From an uncultured Chloroflexia bacterium (lineage in GTDB: Bacteria; Chloroflexota; Anaerolineae; B4-G1; SLSP01): a DNA stretch of 64,000 bases. Shown in pieces: positions 40,591 to 51,486 of the stretch. Below the pieces are notes generated by a model. That model was not told the origin of the DNA, made no database searches, and was given only the letters and a program-made list of their open reading frames with translations. Both the position numbers and the translations under genes were made by a program. The stretch covers positions 224,001-288,000 of the forward strand of contig CAVVUS010000011.1 in NCBI GenBank assembly GCA_963751345.1. Direction: 5' to 3'. Within the stretch, counting starts at the first letter, position 1, and every line of letters starts with the position of its first letter.

Positions 40591-42237
40591 CTACAATCTG
40601 GGAACGCCCTCTCGGTTCAAGAATGCCAGAATGATAGCCTTCACACCCTCCGGGTCGGACAGGTGGATCATGCTTCCGGCGTTCGGGAAACTGTAAACCT
40701 GCAGAAACGCCACCGCATCCTGGTACTGCTGTACCACGCTCGCGTCGATCGGGTCGCACCCTCCCCGCAGGAGAATGGTCGGGATGAGTAGTTGGCGCAA
40801 GCCGGGCCGCGGGTCGGGCGGTTCGTCGGCGGTCACTTCCCCGACGACTTGGGCGTAGCCGTTGTAGCCGGGTGACTGCGGGTTCGGCGCGAGGTTCTCC
40901 TGTCCGACGCAGACCATCATGCGCTCATCCACGATCTGGTCGAACCACGCCGTCATCTGACTTTGGGGTATATAGGCCTGGGCGGTCCTGGGGCTGTAGA
41001 CCGCGATGGCCATAGCGATGGCGGGGCGTATGTCCTGGAGTGTATAGGGCTTGGCCGGGAACGCTGCTGTACGCACCTGCGCCACCGCGAACTGCTGGTT
41101 CTCCCACAGCGGGCCGGGTGAGTAGAAGACCACGCGCTCAACGCGATCCCTGTGGTCGACCATATAGCGCGCCGCGATCCCACAGCCTGCCTCGTGGGCG
41201 ATCAGGATGAGGCGGTCGGCCTGGATCGTCTCGCGAATCGCCTCGAGATCCTCCACGTTGCGCCAGACCGTGTACTCCCCAATCTGCGACAGCCGGCCTG
41301 ATAGCCCGGTGCCTACCTGATCGTACAGGTAGACGTCGAACCCCTCCTGCGTGAACTGCCTGAAGAAGGCGATATCGGTGTCGAGAACGGCCCAGCCCGG
41401 GCCCCCGTGCAGGAAGACGATCGGGTTGCGTCGTGACTTCTCCCCTTCTGCAGGGAAATAGCTGTAGGCAATGTGGGATCCTGTCGAGAGGTCCCAGTAT
41501 TGCGTTCCGGGCCGTGGCTGCGGCGATTCGGTCGGTTCAATGGGCGCCGGGTTGAGAATCAGCCCCGAGGCGGGTAGAACGACGCCCAGGATGGCCACCA
41601 GCGCGACGGCTAGACTGAAGCGCGCACGTCGATCGAGCGCGAGTCCTTCTGCTACCAACCAGGATACGCCTGCCACAAGCAGCACGAAGGCAGCACAGGC
41701 CGCGATCGTCATCACGAGGACGCTTTGTGTGGCCATGCTGACCAGCAGGAAGAGCTGGCCTGCCATAGCGCCGCTGAAGATGACGCCGAAGAGCAGGATG
41801 GCGAAGAGGACGAGCTGGAGCCACCAACTCGGCGCCCGTGCGGTCAGGATATTCTCCACGCCGTCCTCGTCTTCCTCGCGGAACCATCCAATGGCCCGGA
41901 AGGCGCGCTCCACCCAGATGTTCGTGTTACTCATCACGATGACGCCTGCCAGTGCCCACCAGAAATTGGCGACGTTGAGCCGCGTCATCGCGCCAGTCAG
42001 GACGAGCACAATGCCATCGACGACGAAGATGAAGAGACCGCCGGTCATAATGATGAGCGGGAGGGCAAGCGTCAAGAGCAGCCGGCGTACGGTCACGGTC
42101 AGGATGGTAAAGACAAAGGCGACGATCCACACGCCGAAGAGCTGGCGGTCGCGGCTGATGCCGCGAAGAGCCAGCAGAATCGTCAGGAGGATGTAGTTGA
42201 TCGACAGCCTCAGGACGAAGTTGCGTGCGTAGCGCAT
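40591..42237 (-). CDS. Phage_holin_4-like membrane domain fused to a proline-iminopeptidase-like alpha/beta hydrolase lacking catalytic Ser/His
   Basis: LTLALPLIIMTGGLFIFVVDG..FWWAL holin-like motif; LHGGPG, YDQVGTG, AHEAG (not GHSxG), AGSMIH. Confidence 0.7.
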   Translation of the reverse strand: MRYARNFVLRLSINYILLTILLALRGISRDRQLFGVWIVAFVFTILTVTVRRLLLTLALPLIIMTGGLFIFVVDGIVLVLTGAMTRLNVANFWWALAGVIVMSNTNIWVERAFRAIGWFREEDEDGVENILTARAPSWWLQLVLFAILLFGVIFSGAMAGQLFLLVSMATQSVLVMTIAACAAFVLLVAGVSWLVAEGLALDRRARFSLAVALVAILGVVLPASGLILNPAPIEPTESPQPRPGTQYWDLSTGSHIAYSYFPAEGEKSRRNPIVFLHGGPGWAVLDTDIAFFRQFTQEGFDVYLYDQVGTGLSGRLSQIGEYTVWRNVEDLEAIRETIQADRLILIAHEAGCGIAARYMVDHRDRVERVVFYSPGPLWENQQFAVAQVRTAAFPAKPYTLQDIRPAIAMAIAVYSPRTAQAYIPQSQMTAWFDQIVDERMMVCVGQENLAPNPQSPGYNGYAQVVGEVTADEPPDPRPGLRQLLIPTILLRGGCDPIDASVVQQYQDAVAFLQVYSFPNAGSMIHLSDPEGVKAIILAFLNREGVPRL

Positions 42238-42241
42238 CGCC

Positions 42242-43643
42242 CTACTTGATCCCATCTGACTCCCCCGTGATGTTCTGTTCGCGTATCGCGCGCGGGTCGT
42301 TGCGGGAGCTCAACCCGCGACCAGGCCAATAGAGCGTCGCCGGTATCTGCGCCTCACGGGCGGGCCCCGTTCCTCGCATCTGGAGCAGCGCCAGCCGCGC
42401 CCCAATCCTGGCACGCCCCGCTGCGCGGACGGCACCCCAGGTCGTGAGTGTGATCACCTGGTTCATAGCGTCGCTCCAGTTCTTGTAGAAGAGATCGAGG
42501 TCGGCGATCACGGTGGAATCGCGGATCTCGGTGCGGTGGATCGCCAGGTCCCACTCCAGGAGGTGCATCCCCTGCCCCCACTGGATGGGATCCTCCGACC
42601 CCATCTCCTCATCAATATGGACATCCAGGAAGAGGCGCTTGAAGGCGAGGACGTTAGCGTCGTAGCGTGCCGGAACGTCGCCCGAAAGGGCAGTCTCCAT
42701 TCTCCCCACGTCCTCTCGATGGATCTCGTGCTCCAGGTCCCACTCATACCGGTTCTCGACAAAGGGACCGTCGGTGACCGTGAGCGCGTCGCGATCTGCC
42801 CCGATGATGAGGTAGTGCACCCGGAGCACGTAGGGCGCGGAGAGGCGCCACTTGAGGAAACGGAAGAAGAACTCCCGGCCAAAGAGTCGGAAGAGGCGGC
42901 GGCGCAGCGTGTCGCCATCCTCGCCGATGATCGACCGCTTGACCTCCTCAACGTCGGTCAGTTGTTGGAGCTGGCGTTTGAGCCAGCGAGCGATGCGATC
43001 GACCCTGTGTCGATCGATGCCGCGCTTCGGACGGGCGGTGGACACCAGGGGCGGCGGGGCGTCCGGGATGCCGTCCCCATCGGTGTCAATACGGTTCAGG
43101 CGCTCGGTTTCGAGCCGCAGCGGGAGCAACTGGCACTCCGGACTGCGACAGTCAAAGCGCAGGTTGCCCAGAACGTGGAAGCGCACCTTGGTCCCATCGG
43201 CGTCGACCGTTGGATTGGTCACTTCTACGTCGAACGTCATGATCTTCTCGGAGTGTTCGTCCGCGTAGATATCGAACCCGTTGATCACGACCGTGTAGAC
43301 GTCACGTCCCTGCAGGTTGGGGGCCAGGTCCAGGTCCTCGACCCTGGCGACAAAGGGTGTGAGGTCACCGCGCTGGCATTCTGCGATGGTCTCGACGTAT
43401 CCGGACTTGAAAGGCTACCCCATCGGCCGCGTCGACCTGCGTGACGAACTCGGAGAAGTGGGCCGTGTCGTTACCTGTGCCGGACGCCGATGTGTGCCCG
43501 GCAACGGTGCGCGCGGCGCCGTCCGGTCCCTTGAGGTTGAGGACGTAGCTGCCAAATCGGTTCAGGCGGTGGTTGTATTCCCATGCGTGGCGGAATCCCT
43601 GCCAGATCCCGGCACGCGAGAGACCAGACTCACTATCGGGCAC
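42242..43643 (-). CDS. Hypothetical protein (~465 aa), frameshift near 43410
   Basis: ORFs 43365-43643 and 42242-43288 join through an open frame (FKSGYVETIAECQRGD...). AAGGAG RBS before the GTG. Contains DTDGDGIPD. Confidence 0.65.
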
Positions 43644-43842
43644 GCGCTTTCTTCTCCTTTTTGCTGGTGAACCGGAACCGGGGACACTGCGCCCTGGCCG
43701 AAAGGACAGGTCCGGTGTGATCTGTCGAACAGGTGCAAGATCGGCCCTGGGAGGGTTCGGGAATTGCGTCCACCACGGTATAATAAACCAAGATCACTGG
43801 AATTGATAGTCATATCTCTGTCTAGTCAGGAGTTGTTGCTCG

Positions 43843-44769
43843 ATGAACCCATCTGTGAGCGTTTCGCATTTGGCAAAGTCGTTCGGCCGGTTTCAGGCCG
43901 TTAAGGATGTCACCTTCGAGGTCTTCCCCGGAGAGATCTTTGGCCTTCTGGGTCCGAACGGTGCGGGAAAGACCACAAGCATCCGAATGATGCTCGATAT
44001 CTTTCGGCCGGACAGTGGAACGGTAGCGGTGTTCGGCGGTGAGATGACCGAGAAGAAGAAGAATCGCATCGGATACCTCCCGGAGGAGCGAGGGCTCTAC
44101 CAAGACCTCAAGCTGGAGCCGACGCTGATTTACCTTGCGACCCTCAAGGGGATGGACGAGGGTGACGCAAACGAGCGCCTCGTCGGGTGGCTAAAGCGAC
44201 TGGATCTCTACGAACACCGCGGGAAGAAAGTCCAGGAGTTGAGCAAGGGAATGCAGCAGAAAGCGCAGCTGATTGCCACGCTGATCCACGACCCCGAGCT
44301 ATTGGTCATCGACGAGCCATTCGCAGGCCTCGACCCGGTTAATACCCGGCTGGTCAAGGATATCATCGAGGAACAGCGAGACGCCGGGAAGGCCATCATC
44401 ATGTCGACCCATCAGATGTACCAGGTGGAGGCGCTCTGCAACCGTATCGTTCTGATCGACAAGGGCAATACCGTCCTCTACGGTGCGGTCGAGCAGATCA
44501 AGCGAGAGTTCGCGGGCAATGCCGTCACCCTGGAGGGGCAGGGGGACTTCTCTGAGCTGCCGGGCGTGCTCGAGTCGCGCAGGCACAACGGCACGTGGCA
44601 TCTGGCACTTGCGCCGGGCACATCGCCGCAGGATGTCTTCCACGCGCTCGCCGTGCGTGACGGGGTCAAGATCGAACGGTTCGAAGTGGCGGAGCCTTCG
44701 CTGGACGACATCTTCATCCAGGTCGTCAACGAGGGTCGCGAAGCTTCGGAGGGGGCAGCGAATGCGTAA
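43843..44769 (+). CDS. ABC-2 type transporter ATP-binding protein (YhaQ/NatA-like)
   Basis: GPNGAGKTT, GYLPEERGLY, LSKGMQQK, DEPFAGLD, PSLDDIF. Confidence 0.92.
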   Translation: MNPSVSVSHLAKSFGRFQAVKDVTFEVFPGEIFGLLGPNGAGKTTSIRMMLDIFRPDSGTVAVFGGEMTEKKKNRIGYLPEERGLYQDLKLEPTLIYLATLKGMDEGDANERLVGWLKRLDLYEHRGKKVQELSKGMQQKAQLIATLIHDPELLVIDEPFAGLDPVNTRLVKDIIEEQRDAGKAIIMSTHQMYQVEALCNRIVLIDKGNTVLYGAVEQIKREFAGNAVTLEGQGDFSELPGVLESRRHNGTWHLALAPGTSPQDVFHALAVRDGVKIERFEVAEPSLDDIFIQVVNEGREASEGAANA

Positions 44770-46007
44770 GCTTTGGCTGTTGGCAAAGCACGAATATCTC
44801 AAGCGGGTTCAGAAGAAGTCATTTCTGATTGCGCTACTGGGATTCCCACTCCTGATGGTCGTCATCGGCGGTATCTCCATCCTGGCGACGCTGGGCGGGG
44901 GGGATGCACGCCCGATCGGCGTCGTCGATCAAGCGAACATCCTCGACCCCGGCCTACTGCCGTCCCTGCAGATCGAGCAGAAGGGGTATGTTGAGATCCT
45001 CGCCTATGAGTCTGAGTCCGCTGCCGCCGATGCCCTTGCGGGCGGCCAGATTCAGGCGTACTACGTCGTGCCGCAGGACTACCTGGCGGCCAAGGATGTC
45101 ACGCTGGTCCACGGCGGCAGCGAGCCCAAGCAGGCGATCAGTGAGGAGTTTTCGGCCTTTTTGCGCCAGAGCCTTCTGGCGCAGCAGAGCGCGACGACGC
45201 AGAAGCTCCTGTCCGGAGGGCTCAACCTCGAAATCAGTTCCGCTGATGGCCGGCGCCAGTTCTCGTCAGGCAACCTTATGAGTTTCCTGCTGCCTCTCAT
45301 TGTCACATTCCTCCTCTTCTTCGCGATAACGACGGCCGGAGGCTATCTGCTCCAGGCGATGACGGAGGAGAAGGAGAACCGCACGATGGAGGTCATCACC
45401 ACCTCGGTCTCGCCGGAACAGCTGATGGGAGGCAAATCGCTAGGACTCATCTCCGTGTCGTTGACCCAGGTCCTGACGTGGGTAGTTGTGCTGGCCATCG
45501 GGATCTTCGTTGCCGGTCGGTTTGTCGACGCCCTTCGAAATGTGCAGATTCCCATGGGATATGGTAGCGCTCACGGTTTTCTTTTTCGTCCCGACCTTCA
45601 CCCTGATTGCAGGCATCATGATTACCTTAGGTGCAGCCGTCACGGAGGCGCAGCAGGGGCAACAAGTTGCGGGCATCATCAACATTCTCTTCATTTTGCC
45701 CGTCTTCTTCCTGGCTCTGCTCTTCAGCCAACCTGACAGCCCGTTCCTGGTCCTCTTGACCTTCTTCCCAACGACGTCGTTCATCATGATCCTGCTCCGC
45801 TGGAGTCTCTCAACGGTGCCATGGTGGCAGCTGGCAGTCAGTTGGGTGGTGTTAGTTGTCAGCGCCCTGGGTAGCATCTGGCTGGGTGCGCGCGTCTTCC
45901 GGATGGGTATGCTGCGCTACGGTCAGCGGCTCAGCCTCAAGCAGATCGTGGAAGGATTGCGCAGTCACCGCACGTTGCCGGAGAAGGAGTCGGTAAGCCA
46001 TGCGTAA
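44762..46007 (+). CDS. ABC-2 permease (YhaP/NatB-like), frameshift near 45555
   Basis: MRKLWLLAKHEY, EEKENRTMEV, LMGGKSLG, RVFRMGMLRYG. Confidence 0.85.
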
Positions 46008-47281
46008 CATTGTGCTCGTCATCAAACACGAGATCCGCCGAACTGTGGGCAAGCCGTCGTTCTGGCTTACGGCGTTTCTCTTCCCGCTCATCATCTTCAC
46101 AATCACGTTTGGGTCCCAGTTGCTTGCCAGTGGGATGAGCAACGGAAATTCCGGCAGCGACTTCCTCGGCACGATCAGTGGCCAGACCCCATCAACGGAG
46201 CAGCCACGAGGCTACGTGGACCTTGCCGGGGTTATCAAGCGCATGCCGGAAGGACTTCCGGCAGGTCTTCTGCGTCCGTACGCCGATGAAGCGTCTGCCC
46301 AGGATGCGACGGCACGTGGCGAAATCAGCCAATACTACGTCGTGCCGCCGGATTTCCTGTCGACCGGCGATATCGTGCTGGTCCAGGGCACCTTCTCGCC
46401 GTTCGAGGCACTTGGCTCGGGCAACATCTTCGAATACGTGGTCACCTACAACCTGACGGGCAACGCCGATACGGCGGCGCTGCTACTTGACCCGACGCCA
46501 ACGGTCCACGTTGTGACGCAGTCCAGCCCTGAAACGGGATCTGCCGGAGCCGGCGGTCAGACCGGGGCGGTCGGTTCCATTGCGTCTATGGGGATGCTCT
46601 TCATCTTCTTCTTCGTCCTCACGATGAGCAGTGGTTTCATGCTGCGCAGCGTGACGAAGGAAAAGGAGAGCCGCGTCGTGGAGATCCTCCTATCCAGCCT
46701 CGATCCTCGCGAGTTGATGCTCGGCAAGATCATCGGGCTCGGTGCCGTGGGGCTGCTTCAGATGGTTATCTGGCTCGGTGGGGGAATGCTGATCCTGCGA
46801 GAGGGATCGCCGGTCTTCGGCATCGCCTCTGCCGTGGTGGCGCTCGATTTCCCTCCGGGCTTCCTTCTCTGGGCACTGCTCTACTTCCTCTTGGGCTACA
46901 TGACCTTCGCCTCGGCCCTTGGCGCGATTGGCACGCTTGGCGCCCACCGCGCGCGAGGCGGGCCAGTTCACGTTCCTGGTATTGTTTCCCCTGATGGTCC
47001 CGATCTGGCTCAACACGGCTTTCATGCAGGCGCCCGAGGGGGCCCTCGTCACCTTCCTGAGCATCTTTCCTCTGACGTCGCCCGTCTCGATGATCGCCCG
47101 GTTGGCGGTGGTGCCGGTGCCGTTGTGGCAGCTGGCATTGAGCCTCGGCCTGATGGGGGCCACCACGTACGGGTTCGTGGTGTTGTCCGCGCGGTTCTTC
47201 AAGGCCGATACCTTGCTCTCCTCGGCGCCCCTGGATTTCAAGCGCCTTCTGACCGAGGTGCGGCAGCAATTCACGCGGTAG
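46000..47281 (+). CDS. ABC-2 permease 2, frameshift near 46940
   Basis: MRNIVLVIKHE, KEKESRVVEILLSS, LGKIIG; FPLTSPVSMIAR is in the next frame. Confidence 0.85.
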
Positions 47282-47396
47282 GATCGGCACGGTCCGACAG
47301 CCCCCGCCCGACCCGTTTTGCGGTCGGGCGGGCTTCGTGCTACAATCCGGCCCGTGAACCCTTTTCGGCCCCTGGTCGCCTGGTGTCGGAGGCAGC

Positions 47397-48530
47397 GTGC
47401 GTGAATTAATGAATGGCGCGTCGGCTGTCGTTCGCGGCGCGCTGGCAGCCGGCTGCGATTTCTTTGCGGGGTATCCCATCACGCCGGCGACCCCCATCCT
47501 GTTGCAGATGATGCGGGAACTCCCACCCACGGGTGGGATTGCCGTCCAGGGGGAGGATGAGATCTCCAGTATCGGTATGTGCCTCGGTGCTGCCGCTGCC
47601 GGTCGCAGGGCACTGACGGCCACCAGCGGACCCGGTCTGAGCCTCTACAGCGAGAATATCGGCCTCGCGATGATGGCGGAGCTTCCGCTCGTGATCATCG
47701 ACGTACAGCGGCTAGGGCCGGCGACCGGCGGCGCCACGACGATCGGTCAAGGCGACGTTCAGTTCGCACGGTGGCCCACAGCGGGAGGGTACCCTATGAT
47801 CGTCCTGGCTCCCTCGTGCACCGCCGAGTGTGCCACCCTCACCGCACGAGCTTTTGATCTGGCGCAGCGTTTCCGGTGCCCCGTGATCGTATTGCTCGAT
47901 AAGGAGCTTAACCTGACCTCCACAACCGTGGATCTGGACGAGTGGATGCAGATTGCGACTTGGCATATCGATGGGCACCGCCGGCAGACGTCGTCTGCCG
48001 GCGAGCAGGATGCGCGTCTGCTCGGGCGCGCCACGCCGGTGCGCTTCACCGGCTCAACTCATGACGAACTCCAGACGATCACCAAGGATGCAGCCACCGT
48101 CGAGGCGCTCAATCACCGGCTTGCCACGAAATTCGAGGGACAGGAGGATCTGCTGGAGATGGTTCGCTCGCTCCCTTTGCCTGACCCGTCCTCCGAGATC
48201 GCTCGGGACGCGCCGCAGGAAGGGGAGGGGGTCCGGACACTGTTGATCTCCTATGGCACCTCGGCCGGCGCGATGGAGGCTGCGGTGCTCCGCGCTCGCG
48301 CTCAAGGCATGGCCGTGTCGGGCGCCGTCGTGCAGAGCCTGTGGCCGGTGCCTGAGCGGCTGCTCAGCCGTGCGGCAGAGAACGTGTCGCGCATCGTGGT
48401 CGGCGAGCTCAATCCCGGGCTCTATGTGCGGGAGATCCGCCGCCTTTTCCCCGGTAAGGACGTGATTAGCCTGCACCGTATTGATGGCAAGCTCATCACA
48501 CCGGGGATGTACCTCGCGGAGTGTCAATGA
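47397..48530 (+). CDS. 2-oxoacid:ferredoxin oxidoreductase alpha subunit
   Basis: FAGYPITPAT, QGEDEI, ATSGPGLSL, DVQRLGPATG, ELNPG. Confidence 0.88.
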   Translation: MRELMNGASAVVRGALAAGCDFFAGYPITPATPILLQMMRELPPTGGIAVQGEDEISSIGMCLGAAAAGRRALTATSGPGLSLYSENIGLAMMAELPLVIIDVQRLGPATGGATTIGQGDVQFARWPTAGGYPMIVLAPSCTAECATLTARAFDLAQRFRCPVIVLLDKELNLTSTTVDLDEWMQIATWHIDGHRRQTSSAGEQDARLLGRATPVRFTGSTHDELQTITKDAATVEALNHRLATKFEGQEDLLEMVRSLPLPDPSSEIARDAPQEGEGVRTLLISYGTSAGAMEAAVLRARAQGMAVSGAVVQSLWPVPERLLSRAAENVSRIVVGELNPGLYVREIRRLFPGKDVISLHRIDGKLITPGMYLAECQ

Positions 48531-48597
48531 GACGAGACCTAGTTCACAGTTTCCGGTTGTCCGTTTTCAGTTCGGGACGCCATCCGGTGGTGTCACG

Positions 48598-49377
48598 GTG
48601 ACGTCGGTTCTGGTTCCCGTGGTGGTGGCGCTGGTAGGGTTGGCGGTTGGCAGCCTCGTCGTTCACACGGCCGAGGCCGCGCTGGCAAAGCGCCGGCTGG
48701 CAAGACCGATCTGTCCCTACTGTGCGCAGCCTCTGGCGCCGGTCCAGTGGAGCGCTACGGTGGCCACGATCACGGGCCGGGGGCGGTGTCGATCCTGCGG
48801 CCGACGGTTGCGGCTCCCCCGTCTGCTGGGCGAGCTCTTTCTCGCCGCAGCCTGGACGATGCTCATCGTGACCTATGGAGGCACCCCGCGCGTGCTGCTG
48901 GCGATGTTGGCCATCGTGCCGCAGACGATGATCATGGTGACAGATATCGAGGCTAAGCTCGTGCCCAACCGCATCATGCTCCCCTCGCTCGGCGTGGCGC
49001 TGGTGCTGGGCACAATCTTCGGCCCCCTGGTGCCCTTCCTCGACGCCACCGACTGGTGGCAGTCGCTCGCGGGCGCTGCGGTGGGCTTCGCAGTTTTCCG
49101 GGTGCTGGTGTGGATCGGCGTCGCGATCTTCGGCGAGGGGGCGCTCGGTGAGGGAGACATTACGCTCAGTGCTTACATCGGCGCGGTGTTGGGATTCCCG
49201 GTCGTGCTGGTTGCTCTCGTTCTCACTTTTGCCTTTGGTGGCATTGGGGCGCTGCTGGTGCTCGTGCTCCGGCGAGGGGCGCTCAGAACGGCGATTCCCT
49301 ACGGACCTTACATCGTCCTGGGATGCACGGTCACACTGATCTGGGGAGGAGCGATCCTGCGCTGGTATCTCGCCTGA
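48598..49377 (+). CDS. Prepilin peptidase (A24, PilD-like)
   Basis: CPYC..CRSC Zn motif, TDIEAKLVPN and LGEGD aspartates, IPYGPYI. Start approximate. Confidence 0.85.
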   Translation: MTSVLVPVVVALVGLAVGSLVVHTAEAALAKRRLARPICPYCAQPLAPVQWSATVATITGRGRCRSCGRRLRLPRLLGELFLAAAWTMLIVTYGGTPRVLLAMLAIVPQTMIMVTDIEAKLVPNRIMLPSLGVALVLGTIFGPLVPFLDATDWWQSLAGAAVGFAVFRVLVWIGVAIFGEGALGEGDITLSAYIGAVLGFPVVLVALVLTFAFGGIGALLVLVLRRGALRTAIPYGPYIVLGCTVTLIWGGAILRWYLA

Positions 49378-49562
49378 GCATGGGAACACGGGGCCGCCGC
49401 CCCGGACGTCACCCATGCCAATACCCCCGCCCAGACTCGAACTGGGATAACAGACTTAGGAGGTCTGCGTTCTATCCATTTGGACTACGGGGGCAACCTC
49501 GGCATTATAGCATGGTGGGGTGTTTCAGCAAGGCTCCCGACATAGCGGCAATGTGAGGAGAC

Positions 49563-50609
49563 ATGGAAATCTATTACCCGATACAATGGCTTGACGGGCA
49601 TCTTCGCCTTCTCGACCAGCGCAAGCTGCCCAGCGAAGTTGTCTACAATGATTACGACCGATATGACGATGTAGCGGACGCGATTCGCACGATGGTTGTG
49701 CGCGGCGCCCCCGCTATCGGCATCACGGCAGCGTATGGCATGGCGTTAGCGACACTGCAAAGTGAGGCGGTGACCGTCGAGGCAATGCGTGCCGACCTAG
49801 CCGTTGCGGCTGAGCTCCTGCGCCGCGCGCGACCCACCGCTGTGAACCTCTCGTGGGCGGTCAACCGTGTGCAGGAGCGTGCGGGCGATCCGGGCCTCGG
49901 GAGCGTCACCGCCATCCGCGATGCTGTACTTGCCGAGGCTCACGCCATCTACGAGCTGGAGGAGAAGTCCAACTACCAGATTGGCGTCAATTCGTTACCC
50001 CTGGTGCCTCATGGGGCAAAGATCATGCATCACTGCAACACCGGCCCGTTGGCGACCGGCGCGTATGGCACCGCCCTGCGCGTGATCATCGCTGCGCACG
50101 AGGCAGGCAAAGAGGTCCACGCCTACGTCGATGAGACTAGACCACGGCTGCAGGGCGCTCGTCTCACGGCTTGGGAACTGCAGCGGTTCGGCGTTCCCCA
50201 TTCCGTGATCGTGGACGGTGCTGCCGCCCACATCATGCGGACCGTCGGCGTCGATCTCTGTGTCGTCGGCTGCGACCGTGTAGCGGCCAATGGCGACACG
50301 GCCAACAAGATCGGGACGTACCACCTGGCGTTGGCGGCGCGGGCGCACGGGGTGCCGTTCTACGTGGTCGGGCCGACGAGTTCCATTGACATGGCGCTCG
50401 CCTCCGGGGACCTCATTGAGATCGAGCAGCGCCCGGCCGAGGAGGTCACCCATGTGATGGGGTGTCAGATCACCCCGGATGGGACGGCGGTCGAGAACCC
50501 TGCATTTGACATCACGCCGGCTGCCTACATCACCGCGATCATCACGGAGCGCGGCGTCGTCGTGCCGCCCTTTGACGTCAACCTGCGGAGGTTGATGGCA
50601 CGTGGCTGA
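49563..50609 (+). CDS. mtnA: S-methyl-5-thioribose-1-phosphate isomerase
   Basis: LLDQRKLP, VRGAPAIG, HCNTGPLAT, DETRPRLQGARLT, NGDTANKIG, NPAFDITP. Confidence 0.95.
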   Translation: MEIYYPIQWLDGHLRLLDQRKLPSEVVYNDYDRYDDVADAIRTMVVRGAPAIGITAAYGMALATLQSEAVTVEAMRADLAVAAELLRRARPTAVNLSWAVNRVQERAGDPGLGSVTAIRDAVLAEAHAIYELEEKSNYQIGVNSLPLVPHGAKIMHHCNTGPLATGAYGTALRVIIAAHEAGKEVHAYVDETRPRLQGARLTAWELQRFGVPHSVIVDGAAAHIMRTVGVDLCVVGCDRVAANGDTANKIGTYHLALAARAHGVPFYVVGPTSSIDMALASGDLIEIEQRPAEEVTHVMGCQITPDGTAVENPAFDITPAAYITAIITERGVVVPPFDVNLRRLMARG

Positions 50610-50661
50610 GCCTGCTAGGTGCGTACGCCGGCAGGCAATCCCCGCCCACGGGGCATAGTAG

Positions 50662-51486
50662 ATGCCACTTGATCTGCGTCGTGCGGAGGGGGCACCGCCC
50701 AAGATCGTCGGCCATCGTGGAGCCATTGCCGTGGCACCCGAAAACACGCTGGCCTCCTTCGAGCGTGCGTGGCGTGATGGCGCCGACGTCATTGAGTTCG
50801 ACCTTCGCTTGTCGGCCGACGAGGAGGTTGTCGTCATCCACGATGCGACGCTGGACCGCACGACCAACGGTACCGGCTACGTCTCGGAGACCGTGCTTGA
50901 GGAGCTCAAGAAGCTGGACGCAGGTTCGTGGTTCGCTCCGGCGTACGCCGGGGAGCCGATCCCCACGCTGCGCGAGGTACTGGCTTGGGCCAAGGGTCGG
51001 ATCGGGCTCCTTCTGGAGCTGAAGTTCGAGTCTTACGGCGCATTTGATCCAACGCTTGTGCCGAAGGTGATGGCGGTGATCGACGAGACGCACGTCGTGG
51101 ATCAGGTCGCGGCCATCTCGTACCAGCCACGCGCGCTCGCACAGCTCAAGGCGATGGCCCCGCATATACCCGCCGGGCCTATGCCGCTGCGCGATCGTCT
51201 GCTCGAGGTTGGAGTATGGCTCCAGCGCCGGGTGCCCAGGCTTGGCGACACTCGCCCCTTCCGGCGGCTTCTGACCCGGCCGCTTCGTTTCACCCGTCAG
51301 TGGGGATGCGACATCGTGGCCCCTAATATCAGTGTGGTCTCGCCCGTGTTGGTGGATGCGGCGCACGGCGCCGGCCTCCCCGTTAGTTGTGGTGGACTGA
51401 ACTGGGACTATCCCGGAGCCATCCGAATGGGCGTGGACACCATCTCGGCCAACGACCCTGCGCTGATCCGCTCGCGATATCTCTGA
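50662..51486 (+). CDS. Glycerophosphodiester phosphodiesterase
   Basis: GHRG, PENTL, EFD, IHDATLDRTT, IPTL, LELK. Confidence 0.9.
   Translation: MPLDLRRAEGAPPKIVGHRGAIAVAPENTLASFERAWRDGADVIEFDLRLSADEEVVVIHDATLDRTTNGTGYVSETVLEELKKLDAGSWFAPAYAGEPIPTLREVLAWAKGRIGLLLELKFESYGAFDPTLVPKVMAVIDETHVVDQVAAISYQPRALAQLKAMAPHIPAGPMPLRDRLLEVGVWLQRRVPRLGDTRPFRRLLTRPLRFTRQWGCDIVAPNISVVSPVLVDAAHGAGLPVSCGGLNWDYPGAIRMGVDTISANDPALIRSRYL

Noticed and set aside
40591-42237. Holin-like domain as a sign of a prophage at tRNA-Val
   Set aside because: No integrase, endolysin or structural genes are present, and this 4-TM family is common in non-phage contexts.
43680-43720. CCTGGCCGAAAGGACAGG as a c-di-GMP riboswitch
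   Set aside because: Only a GNRA-like hairpin; the second stem and conserved flanks are missing, and it lies upstream of the likely -10 near 43780.
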